Shown here one piece after another: positions 31,019 through 40,163 of a DNA stretch of 64,000 nt. A program made the position numbers and the translations under genes. The notes beneath the pieces were generated by a model. The model saw only the letters and a list, made by a program, of their open reading frames with translations. It ran no database searches and had not been told where the DNA came from. This DNA is from an uncultured Bacillota bacterium. Its GTDB lineage: Bacteria; Bacillota; Clostridia; Christensenellales; UBA1242. The stretch spans positions 67,023-131,022 of the forward strand of contig CAMMDQ010000003.1 of NCBI GenBank assembly GCA_946495675.1, read 5' to 3'. Positions within the stretch are counted from its first letter, which is position 1. Each line of letters begins with the position of its first letter.

Positions 31019-32257
31019 ATGCTGCTAAACATTCCAAAATCGCTTACAGAGCTTGCAAAATTGCTGCCATGCCAACTTTATGTTGTAGGTGGATTTATAC
31101 GCAATTCAATTCTTGGAATAAAAGGAGACGACATTGATATTTGCGGAGCTATTCAAGTTGAAGAACTTGCAAAGATTTTAGAGAAAAGCAAATTCGATGT
31201 GAAGATAAAAAACAAATTTGTTGGAACTGCGTTGATCTCAACAGGTGAAACAAAATTTGAATTTTCTTCTTTTAGAAGAGAGTTTTATAAAGAGGGTGGA
31301 GCTCATACTCCCGAGCGTGTTGAATTTATTGATAGTTTAGAAGAAGATGCCAAAAGAAGAGATTTCACTTGCAACAGCATTTATTATGATATTGAAAATG
31401 ACAAATTTATAGATATTTATGGTGGCATACAAGATTGCCAAAACAAAATTTTGAAAACTATTGAAACACCAGACTTTGTGTTTGCTCATGATGGGCTGAG
31501 AATACTTAGATTGTTTAGGTTTGAATGCGAACTAAATTTTAAAATTGACAAGGCAACTTTGGCTGGGGCAATCAAATATTCTTCAAATGTTAGAGACATT
31601 GCTGGCGAAAGAGTGATTTATGAAATCACATGTATTTTGCATAGCAGCAGAAGATATCCTGGTTATTCTGAGCCAAAAGCATACCTAAAAGTTTTCAAGC
31701 AATTCAACAAATTTAAGCTTTGGCCGGTTTTTGGCATAGATTGTGCAAAAATAAGGCTGAATATGGTGAAAAAAGTTGAACACAAGTCGCAAGGCTTTTT
31801 GATTGATCTTATCGACACCGTCAAGCCGATTTCAATCTCTTACTATCTTAATTTAATTTTGACAAATTCTTTTGGTCTCAACAAAAAAATGGCTTCTGCA
31901 TACATCAATATCTTGTCCGGGTATTATGATGCGCTTAATAGGTTGCAAAATAAAGAATATTTTTTCAAGTATTTTGATAATTTTCCTCTTATTTACAAAC
32001 TTTTGGTGCATAAGTCAAAATATTTAGCAAACAAATATGACTTTTTTTACAGATATATCATTTCACACAAGCTCATCATAACAGTCAAAGATTTGAAAGT
32101 TAATGGAGAAGATATACGCAAAAATTATCCAACAGTCAAGCCTTATCGATACAATGCGATTTTGGAAAGCTTACTGTCAGATGTTTTTGAAGGGAAACTT
32201 GAAAACGACAAAAACATACTGGTTAAAGCCATTGAACAAAAGTTGAAGTATTTATAA
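31019..32257 (+). CDS. tRNA nucleotidyltransferase (CCA-adding / poly(A) polymerase family)
   Basis: VVGGFIRN, DDIDI, DAKRRDFTCN, DGLRILR. Confidence 0.9.
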   Translation: MLLNIPKSLTELAKLLPCQLYVVGGFIRNSILGIKGDDIDICGAIQVEELAKILEKSKFDVKIKNKFVGTALISTGETKFEFSSFRREFYKEGGAHTPERVEFIDSLEEDAKRRDFTCNSIYYDIENDKFIDIYGGIQDCQNKILKTIETPDFVFAHDGLRILRLFRFECELNFKIDKATLAGAIKYSSNVRDIAGERVIYEITCILHSSRRYPGYSEPKAYLKVFKQFNKFKLWPVFGIDCAKIRLNMVKKVEHKSQGFLIDLIDTVKPISISYYLNLILTNSFGLNKKMASAYINILSGYYDALNRLQNKEYFFKYFDNFPLIYKLLVHKSKYLANKYDFFYRYIISHKLIITVKDLKVNGEDIRKNYPTVKPYRYNAILESLLSDVFEGKLENDKNILVKAIEQKLKYL

Positions 32258-32298
32258 TTTTATCTTTATAAAAAAAGCGAGATAACGCTCGCTTTTTT

Positions 32299-33813
32299 TT
32301 AAACATTTTTTTGAGGAGGAATAAATTTAACGCCATTGGCAGGCAAACTCATTCCTTCTTCTAAACTTTCGGTGCCTTCAATAATTATTCCCATTTGAGG
32401 TTGGTAGTGGTCATGGCGAATTTCTTTTTCTTCGACAAGTTTTCCATCTTCAAAATATTGCAAATAGCCTTTGCTTTCGTAACCTTGTTTTGGATATTTT
32501 AATCTGTAATATTCGCCTTTGTATAAAACTTGATTTGAATATTTACCTTCTTTGTCGCTTATGATCTTGTCTCCAGAGTGTGGAATGATGCGCACAAGTT
32601 CGGAGCGGGTTTTGATTTCTTTTCCTTCTTCGAGGTTTTTCCCATAAATTTCGACGGTTGCAGTTTTTTCATCACAAATGGTTTTGATAAAAATAGGGCA
32701 ATCAGAATTGTTTTTGAACACTAAGTCTGCGTAACCTTCGCTTACCATGGCATCAAAGGAAAGTGGAACATAGGATGCGGGTAGTGAGTGGTGGCAAACA
32801 CTTTCAATTTCTATATCTGCAAGAAGCAGGGCGTTGTAAAGGGTGGTTGAAGCTTGGCATACTCCGCCACCTGTGCCTGAAACATAATTTCCGCCAACAA
32901 TAATGTTTGCGTTTTCATAACCATTTTCTTTTGTTCTGGGGCCAGTAGTTTGATTGAAAGAAATTTCTTCGCCTGGCAAAATAGTCATCCCATTGAAACA
33001 AGCAAGAGCTTTTTTTATGTTGTTTTTGCGTTTTGTTGAACTCGAGGCATAGGAAGTTGTAAACTGGCTTCTTTTGCCAATTTGTTTTAAAAGTTCTTCA
33101 TTATCGCTCTCTGGAACTATCTCAGTCAAAGGAATTTCAATTTCGCTAGCATTTTTTGAAGAGATTGCTTTGTCAAGAGCGGTATTCAATTTTTCTCTGT
33201 CAACCACTTTTCCAACTTGACCTTTTGACAAACTGAACATTTGTGTTTTGTTTGGATCAAAGTCAATTTGGCAGGCCCGACAAGACTTTTCAACTTCTTG
33301 GCATATTTCATTGACCTTTTCTTGCATTCCCCCAAAAAGATTTTCGTAAGGGATCTCAACTTTAAGTCCTTCTGACTTGATTTTATTTTCTATTTTTTTC
33401 TTTTCAAAAATGTTTCCTTCTCTGCCATAGCTTAAAAGTTCTGTCAATGGATTTTCGATATTGCCAACATATTCAAAATCTTCGCCGCTCAACAGCCAAG
33501 ACTGATCTTTATTTGTCAAGATGATTTTTGTTTCAGACATTTCTTTTGCCAAAGTGGTGCCAACAAGGTCGACAGCTTGCTGTTTTGTAAGACCCGATAT
33601 ATCAATGCCATTGACTGTTGTATTTTGATAATAAGTTGTTTCTTCGCTGATTGGATCGCCAAAATATAACTGGCAAAACACGAGCAAACCAACTGCAATA
33701 AATGCCACCGCAAAAAGCCAAATGACAGAGGCTTTTTTGTTTTGTTTTTTTGCCTGAACAACAGAAGTTTCTTGCAAATTTGTAGAAGTTTGATTGATTT
33801 TGTCTTTCTTCAC
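32299..33813 (-). CDS. VanW family protein with PG-binding domain (YoaR-like)
   Basis: N-terminal TM, ISFNQTTGPR, GGGVCQASTTLYNA; GTG start after GGGAGA. Confidence 0.9.
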   Translation of the reverse strand: MKKDKINQTSTNLQETSVVQAKKQNKKASVIWLFAVAFIAVGLLVFCQLYFGDPISEETTYYQNTTVNGIDISGLTKQQAVDLVGTTLAKEMSETKIILTNKDQSWLLSGEDFEYVGNIENPLTELLSYGREGNIFEKKKIENKIKSEGLKVEIPYENLFGGMQEKVNEICQEVEKSCRACQIDFDPNKTQMFSLSKGQVGKVVDREKLNTALDKAISSKNASEIEIPLTEIVPESDNEELLKQIGKRSQFTTSYASSSTKRKNNIKKALACFNGMTILPGEEISFNQTTGPRTKENGYENANIIVGGNYVSGTGGGVCQASTTLYNALLLADIEIESVCHHSLPASYVPLSFDAMVSEGYADLVFKNNSDCPIFIKTICDEKTATVEIYGKNLEEGKEIKTRSELVRIIPHSGDKIISDKEGKYSNQVLYKGEYYRLKYPKQGYESKGYLQYFEDGKLVEEKEIRHDHYQPQMGIIIEGTESLEEGMSLPANGVKFIPPQKNV

Positions 33814-33904
33814 ATTTTTCTCCCTTTTTTGTATTATTTGTGTAAAAAACAAAAATATGCTTTTTAAGCAGCATATATTTTTCTTTGAGTGTTATTATAA
33901 AGTT

Positions 33905-34639
33905 ATGGGAGCAAAAACAAAAACCGCTTTAAAAATTTTGCTGGTACTTTTGGTGGCTATGATATTTTTTTTTGCAATCTATCTTATTTTGTATTATACA
34001 GGTTGGTGGGAAAAACTAAATTCAGTTGACAAACTCAAGAAAGAAATTCTAGACCTGGGCATTTGGGGTAGGTCGTTTTTTGTGTTGTTGCAGTTTTTGC
34101 AGGTTACTTTTATACCAATTCCATCGCCCTTTGTTGTGATAGCGGGAAGTCTGATTTATGGACCTTTGCAAGCATCCCTTCTTTCGCTGGCGGGAATACT
34201 TCTTGGCAGTGCTGTTGCCTTTGCCATTGGCAGAATTTTTGGCAAAAAAATTGTGGTATTTATCGTAGGCAAAGAAACCGAGAAAAAATGGTCAAATTTT
34301 TTAAGCAATGCCAAGTATAGTTTTGTGCTTATGATGCTTTTGCCTCTTTTCCCAGATGATGTTTTGTGCATGATTGCAGGATTGACTGATATGAGTTGGA
34401 CATTTTTTATGGTAACACAAATTTTTACTCGAACCATCGGAGTTTTTACCATGAGTTATCTGTCAGGAGGGGACATCATTCCATATAGTGGATGGGGGTT
34501 GTATGTCTGGGGACTTATTGCGATAGTATCAGTTTTAGCGATCTATTTTTCAACAAAATATAACAAGCAAATCGAAACCTTTATTTACAAAATTTTTAAG
34601 AAAAAGACGGTTAAAAAAGAAAAACAAAAAGAAAGGTAG
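33905..34639 (+). CDS. DedA/VTT (TVP38/TMEM64) membrane protein
   Basis: LQVTFIPIPS, LLPLFPDD; ATG 6 nt after TATTAT. Confidence 0.9.
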   Translation: MGAKTKTALKILLVLLVAMIFFFAIYLILYYTGWWEKLNSVDKLKKEILDLGIWGRSFFVLLQFLQVTFIPIPSPFVVIAGSLIYGPLQASLLSLAGILLGSAVAFAIGRIFGKKIVVFIVGKETEKKWSNFLSNAKYSFVLMMLLPLFPDDVLCMIAGLTDMSWTFFMVTQIFTRTIGVFTMSYLSGGDIIPYSGWGLYVWGLIAIVSVLAIYFSTKYNKQIETFIYKIFKKKTVKKEKQKER

Positions 34640-34864
34640 AGTATATCTAATCAAGAAATAAAACGGCTCCTTTTTTAACATCTTTTGGCAAAATTTCATT
34701 TTTTATCAAAATGCTGACAACATTTTTGCCGCATTTTTGTGCAATTTGATCAATGTTTTCCTTATCCTTGACAACATAAAAAATGTTGTAGTTTTTTTTC
34801 ATAAATACCCCCTAGTGATAATAATTTTTTTGCTCTTTTAATATTTATATGAACAAGGAGTAAT

Positions 34865-36400
34865 ATGAAATCACTTTTTAAAACAGTGGCACTTATAACA
34901 TTTTTTTCTGTCATCACAAGGGTGGTTGGCTTTCTTTTTAGAATTTATCTTTCTCGAACGGTGGGGGCGGAAGCTCTTGGAATGTATCAAGTGGCCTTTT
35001 CTATATTTATGGTTTTGCTTACAATCATCTCTAGTGGACTTCCACTTGTCATTTCTCGGATGAACTCGTCTTTTATGATAAATAGTGATAAGAAGAAAGA
35101 GGGGGCTTTGGTCAACACCGCACTTTTGTATGCTCTTTCGCTGGCTGTCATTTTGTGTGTTATTGTTCTTGTCTTTCGTAATGTTTTTGCCCATTTTTTC
35201 ACTGATGAGCGTTGCCTGCAAATTTTGATCATAATGCTTCCAAGTTTGATTTTTTCTGCTGTTTACAGCGTTTTTCGTGGCGCAATGTGGGGCAGAGATA
35301 ACTATTTTGCACTTTGTTCAAGCGAGCTTTACGAGCAAATTGTGCGTATTTTAATTTGTGTGATTTTGCTAAGCGGCACGGGAACAGCGATAGAAAAAGC
35401 TTTTGATGTTGCTTGGTCTTTGAATGTTGCCTGTCTTTTTTCAATGCTATTTGTTGTTTTGCTGTATTTCTACTATGGTTCAAAACTTTCAAAGCCTCAA
35501 AAGCAAATTTTTAAACCTCTTTTAAAGCAGTCATCGCCAATAACTGGAATAAGAGTGGCTGGCAGCTTTATTCAACCTCTTGTTGCTTTGATTTTGCCAG
35601 CAAAACTTATAGAACTTGGCTATACTTCAGCACAAGCACTCAGTTTGTATGGCATTGCTGTTGGAATGACGCTGCCACTTCTGTTTGTCCCGACAACTTT
35701 GATTGGTTCGCTTTCCACCGCACTTATTCCTGACATGTCAAAGGCACTGGCTCAAAACGATAAAGCCCACATTGAAAATCGTGTTCGCTCATCAATCCTA
35801 TTTTCTTTGATCACTTCTTCACTTTTTATTCCGCTCTATCTAGGCATGGGCGAACTGGCAGGCATTTTTCTTTATGACAACATTATGAGTGGCACCCTTT
35901 TGCAAGAAGCAAGTTTTGTTTTGTTGCCTTTGGGACTTACAAACATAACATCTTCACTACTCAATTCTCTTGGCTATGAGGTCAAATCTTTTAAAAACTT
36001 TATCTGCGGAACATTGGTAATGTTTTTAGCAATATATTTTCTGCCGCAACTTGTTGGGATCAATGCTTTCATTTGGGGTATGGGGGCAAGTTATTTGGTT
36101 ACCGGATTGTTAAACCTTATTATGCTGAAAAAGAAAACTGGAATTAAGTTAAAACTTGGCAAAACTGTTTTTATTTTGCTTTTGATTGTTTTGCCTTGCG
36201 GGGCAGTTACCGCTTTTACAGTTTCTATTGCAAACCATTTCTTACCTTTGTTCTTCACCTTAGTTTTAGGCGCTGGAATTGGCACAGTTTGTTTTGCCCT
36301 GCTGTGTGGCGTGTTTGGCTTAGTCGATGTTAAAGCTTTTGTTGTAAAAGCCGCAGATTATGCGAAAGGTTTTGTGAAAAGAAAAACAAAAAAGGCTTAG
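34865..36400 (+). CDS. spoVB: SpoVB-like MOP-family flippase
   Basis: Multi-TM protein, GFLFRIYLSRTVGAEALGMYQ, SGLP. Confidence 0.8.
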   Translation: MKSLFKTVALITFFSVITRVVGFLFRIYLSRTVGAEALGMYQVAFSIFMVLLTIISSGLPLVISRMNSSFMINSDKKKEGALVNTALLYALSLAVILCVIVLVFRNVFAHFFTDERCLQILIIMLPSLIFSAVYSVFRGAMWGRDNYFALCSSELYEQIVRILICVILLSGTGTAIEKAFDVAWSLNVACLFSMLFVVLLYFYYGSKLSKPQKQIFKPLLKQSSPITGIRVAGSFIQPLVALILPAKLIELGYTSAQALSLYGIAVGMTLPLLFVPTTLIGSLSTALIPDMSKALAQNDKAHIENRVRSSILFSLITSSLFIPLYLGMGELAGIFLYDNIMSGTLLQEASFVLLPLGLTNITSSLLNSLGYEVKSFKNFICGTLVMFLAIYFLPQLVGINAFIWGMGASYLVTGLLNLIMLKKKTGIKLKLGKTVFILLLIVLPCGAVTAFTVSIANHFLPLFFTLVLGAGIGTVCFALLCGVFGLVDVKAFVVKAADYAKGFVKRKTKKA

Positions 36401-36456
36401 AATATAAAATTTTTTGCCTTTTTTAGTAATTTTGCGATTTATGCTTATAATAAAGC

Positions 36457-37170
36457 ATGCTTACCATTATAGTTAGGTCAGTTTTAATATATTGTATTGT
36501 GCTTTTGGTATTTCGGCTTATGGGGAAAAGGCAGATTGGTCAAATGCAGCCTTTCGAGCTTGTGCTTACACTTATCATTGCAGACCTTGCAACAATCCCA
36601 ATGGCAGATATTTCCATACCTGTTTTGCATGGCATAATTCCTTTATTGACGCTTGTTGTGTTGCATTTTATGTTGACAATGATAACTCGGCTAAGCGTCA
36701 AACTGAGCAGTTTTCTTTCGGGCAAGCCAGTGATTTTGATAAATCCAGATGGTATAGATTACAAGGCTATGAAAAAATTGAATATGACGATAGATGACAT
36801 ATTTGCATGCCTTAGAGACAAAGGCTTTTTTTCAGTTGCGCAAGTGCAATATGCTATAGTGGAAACCAGTGGTAAAATTTCAGTAATGCCCAAAGCCGAA
36901 TTTGCACCTGCAACTTGCCAAGATCTTGACCTAAAACCTGACGAAAGTTTTGTGCCAATCACACTTGTTTGTGAAGGCAAAATTTTAAAAGACAATATGG
37001 CGCTTGCTGGCTTAGATGAACACAGAGTTGTGGAAGTTGTAAAAAAAGAGACCGATGCAAAAGTTAAGGATGTGCTTGTTTTGACAATTGAAAAGTCGGG
37101 GCGGGGATATATACAGCTAAAAAAAGATAAAGGCAAATCTTTTCAAACAAAAAGGTTGGGTAGTGTATGA
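36457..37170 (+). CDS. DUF421 (YetF/YrbG) membrane protein
   Basis: RLMGKRQIGQM, AIVETSGKISV. Confidence 0.92.
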   Translation: MLTIIVRSVLIYCIVLLVFRLMGKRQIGQMQPFELVLTLIIADLATIPMADISIPVLHGIIPLLTLVVLHFMLTMITRLSVKLSSFLSGKPVILINPDGIDYKAMKKLNMTIDDIFACLRDKGFFSVAQVQYAIVETSGKISVMPKAEFAPATCQDLDLKPDESFVPITLVCEGKILKDNMALAGLDEHRVVEVVKKETDAKVKDVLVLTIEKSGRGYIQLKKDKGKSFQTKRLGSV

Positions 37171-37562
37171 AAGTGTTTCATTACATAAATTTTTTAATTA
37201 TTTTTTTGTTTTTAATTGCCATCTGCATTGTTGAAGAGCTGCTTGTTTCTTCTGCTCTTGAAAATGTGCAGAATTATTGTTTTGAAATTGAGAATTACAT
37301 TTCAGACAAAGAAAGCCTAAAAGAAAATCAAATCGTTTTGATGGTTGACAATTTGGAGTTTGATTGGACTGAAGATGAATCAAAGCTGTGCTATCTTGTC
37401 AATCACATTTCAATCAAAGAATTGAGCTATGAAATCTCACATCTGAAGGCTTATATTTCAAATGATGATATCGTCGAATTTAAAGCGGCTCTTGATGCAA
37501 TCGTTATGTATTGCCATAGTTATTTGCATTTTATGGGAGCCAATGTGTACAATATTTTATAG
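37167..37562 (+). CDS. DUF4363-like protein
   Basis: N-terminal TM, W...LVNH, NIL C-terminus; usual position after DUF421. Confidence 0.7.
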   Translation: MKVFHYINFLIIFLFLIAICIVEELLVSSALENVQNYCFEIENYISDKESLKENQIVLMVDNLEFDWTEDESKLCYLVNHISIKELSYEISHLKAYISNDDIVEFKAALDAIVMYCHSYLHFMGANVYNIL

Positions 37563-37600
37563 CAGTGCAAATAAAAAAATTAGCAAATATGCTAATTTTT

Positions 37601-38680
37601 TTACCATACTTTTTCTTTTCTCACACTGATAACAATCACAACGATGACGATGGCAAGAACTGCAATGCTGACGCCAACCACAACCCAAACTATTGTCGAA
37701 GGTTGAATAACATCTCCAGTCATAACAGATTGTTCTTGAGTTGAAGTGATGTTTACTCCGTTGTAATCATCTTGGTAAACGCAGTAAACATTCCAATTTC
37801 CAGCATGACCATTATCATCAAAATAGAATGTCTCTCCACGGCGGTCTATTGCATTATCTTGGAACAAGCCTTGGTAACCTGCAAATTCACCCGTTGCATC
37901 ATTTTCGGTCAAAACATAGTTGTTGTCTGCAAAATCTTGTCCGTAAACATACCAAACGAAACAATCCTTGTTGACATACTTAAAATCTGTGTCGGCACCA
38001 ATAACATAAAAATTGAAAGCGTTATGTCCTGAAGTGGTGTAAGCATCTTCATAAGCGATGTCAAAGCTGACATCATTTGTAAGGTGGTCTGGATCAACTG
38101 CAAAATAATTTGAGGTTGACTGAGCGCCATTTATGTCGATTGTAAATCGATAGATTCCCCAGCCTTGCGTGCTGATTTCAACTTGTCCTTCTGAGAGAAG
38201 CTCAAATGTATCTGTAAGGAAATTGTCAACATTAAAAGTGATTGAAGGCAAGTTGGTATAGTTGTCAGCTGAAACTGAAGCAACATTTTCATAGAGGATA
38301 AAATCATCATTTAAATCACTTTCATCTTCAGGAATTGACGATGATAAACCAGCATAATAACCAACATGAAGAGTCATAGTGTATTTTCCGTCTGCGGCAA
38401 GCGGTGGTGTTTGACCTTCTGCAAGTGCCGTTTCATCAAATGAAATTTTAAAACCTTGAAGTTGTCGCCACAGATAGATGGCGGTGTTTCCATCATGATC
38501 TTGAGAAAGGTTTTCATTTTCTCTGGCAATAGCCTCAACTTTGATTGTGTTTTCGATAGATAAATCAGATGTTGCTTTTGATGAGATGGACGGCGGGCTG
38601 GTCAAGAGCAAGCCTATAATCAGAAAAACTGTGCACAATAATGCAATCATCATTTTGCTAAAAGATTTAACTTTTTTCAT
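37601..38680 (-). CDS. Secreted acidic protein with C-terminal TM anchor
   Basis: Signal peptide, acidic beta-rich body, TM helix plus RKEKVW tail; AAGGAG RBS. Confidence 0.8.
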   Translation of the reverse strand: MKKVKSFSKMMIALLCTVFLIIGLLLTSPPSISSKATSDLSIENTIKVEAIARENENLSQDHDGNTAIYLWRQLQGFKISFDETALAEGQTPPLAADGKYTMTLHVGYYAGLSSSIPEDESDLNDDFILYENVASVSADNYTNLPSITFNVDNFLTDTFELLSEGQVEISTQGWGIYRFTIDINGAQSTSNYFAVDPDHLTNDVSFDIAYEDAYTTSGHNAFNFYVIGADTDFKYVNKDCFVWYVYGQDFADNNYVLTENDATGEFAGYQGLFQDNAIDRRGETFYFDDNGHAGNWNVYCVYQDDYNGVNITSTQEQSVMTGDVIQPSTIVWVVVGVSIAVLAIVIVVIVISVRKEKVW

Positions 38681-38817
38681 CTCAAGCTCCTTTTTAGTAT
38701 ATTCTAACACAAAAAGAAGATTATTAAAAACATTTTAAAAAGTTTTTTATCTTTTTTTATCTTTTTTCTTTTTCCAAATAAGTTGACAAAATCGGCAGTA
38801 AAATTTATACTAAAACT

Positions 38818-39660
38818 ATGGAAACACAAATTGATCTTGAAATTGCAAAAAATCAAATATCGTTTGATTTTGATCATCTTGAAATGGAAGAAGAAAGTTC
38901 AACTCTTTCTCTTGTAAACGCAAAAAATATTGATTGGGTTGCAGATGAAGTGCTTTTTGTGCTAGTCAAGGCAAAGCATGATGATTTTATCAAGAATTTG
39001 CCTGATTTTAAACTTTTTGGCAAAAGCATGTTAGAATGGGTTATGATGGCTGGCAATCATTGTCAAACGCTTGTGATTGATCAGCAGGAAAATATGCTTG
39101 AAAAACTTAAGTGCATTCAAACTGACAAAAAGATTATGGCGGTTTTTTATAGCGATACGCCGCTGCTTGACAAAACTTTATTCAACGAAATTTTAAATTA
39201 TTTTGCAGTCAAAGGATACAATGCGCTTAAGCTTGTTCGTGGCGAAATTTTTAAAGTGGATTATCTTAAAAGTTTGACTGAATTTGCACAAAGCCCAAAT
39301 TCAAAATTTTCTACCCTTGCACTTGAACCTGTTGATAGCGGCAAAATGCTTGCCTTTTGCTATAGAGAGCTTAAAAGAAAGATACAAAATTATCATATCA
39401 AGAATGGTGTTGTGATCTTTGACGATGCTGCCTGCATTGATGCAGATGCTGAAATAGAAAGGGGAGTCATCATCTATGGGGATAGTCGCATAGAAGGTCA
39501 AAGTGTGATTTGCAGCGGGACGGTTTTGAGAGATGCAATTATAAAGGACAGCATAATTGGCAGAAACTGTTTGCTCGAAAATTCTTATGTTGCAAAAAGT
39601 AAAATCTCTGATAATAAAACTATTTCAGCTTTTGAAAAAATTGAGAATATGTCGATATGA
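38818..39660 (+). CDS. Degenerate GlmU-like protein
   Basis: GKSMLEWV, SDTPLL, KNGVVIFD and hexapeptide repeats; located upstream of pth-mfd; lacks the AAGxGTRM motif. Confidence 0.75.
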   Translation: METQIDLEIAKNQISFDFDHLEMEEESSTLSLVNAKNIDWVADEVLFVLVKAKHDDFIKNLPDFKLFGKSMLEWVMMAGNHCQTLVIDQQENMLEKLKCIQTDKKIMAVFYSDTPLLDKTLFNEILNYFAVKGYNALKLVRGEIFKVDYLKSLTEFAQSPNSKFSTLALEPVDSGKMLAFCYRELKRKIQNYHIKNGVVIFDDAACIDADAEIERGVIIYGDSRIEGQSVICSGTVLRDAIIKDSIIGRNCLLENSYVAKSKISDNKTISAFEKIENMSI

Positions 39661-40163
39661 TCATCGTTGTTGGACTGGGAAATATAGGCAGTGAATATGA
39701 AAATACCTATCATAACATTGGTTTTATGGTGGTTGACAAATTGGCTCAAATTTTGTCGACAAGTTTTTCGCTTTCAAAAGACAAGTGTATGGTTGCAAAA
39801 AGTTTTTACAAAGGACAAAGCATTATTCTTGCAAAGCCAATCACATATATGAACAATAGCGGTCAAGCCCTTGCACTCTTAAAAAAACGATACCATGATG
39901 GCAAATTTATAGTGGTGGTTGACGATATTGATCTGCCGCAAGGCAAAATCCGTTATCGTGAGCATGGCAGTGCTGGCACGCACAATGGCTTAAGATCAAT
40001 CGTTTCTTTCATTGGCCAAGATTTTGCACGGGTTAAGGTGGGCATTGGCAGAGATGAAAGTTTGGATCTTGCTGATTTTGTGCTTTCAAAAATTAAAGAT
40101 AAACAGCTGTTTGAAAATATTGTCAAGCAGGCGGCAGAAATGGTGCTGGAGAAGATATGCTAG
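39657..40163 (+). CDS. pth: Peptidyl-tRNA hydrolase
   Basis: VGLGN, HNIGF, TYMNNSG, GTHNGL. Confidence 0.97.
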   Translation: MIIVVGLGNIGSEYENTYHNIGFMVVDKLAQILSTSFSLSKDKCMVAKSFYKGQSIILAKPITYMNNSGQALALLKKRYHDGKFIVVVDDIDLPQGKIRYREHGSAGTHNGLRSIVSFIGQDFARVKVGIGRDESLDLADFVLSKIKDKQLFENIVKQAAEMVLEKIC

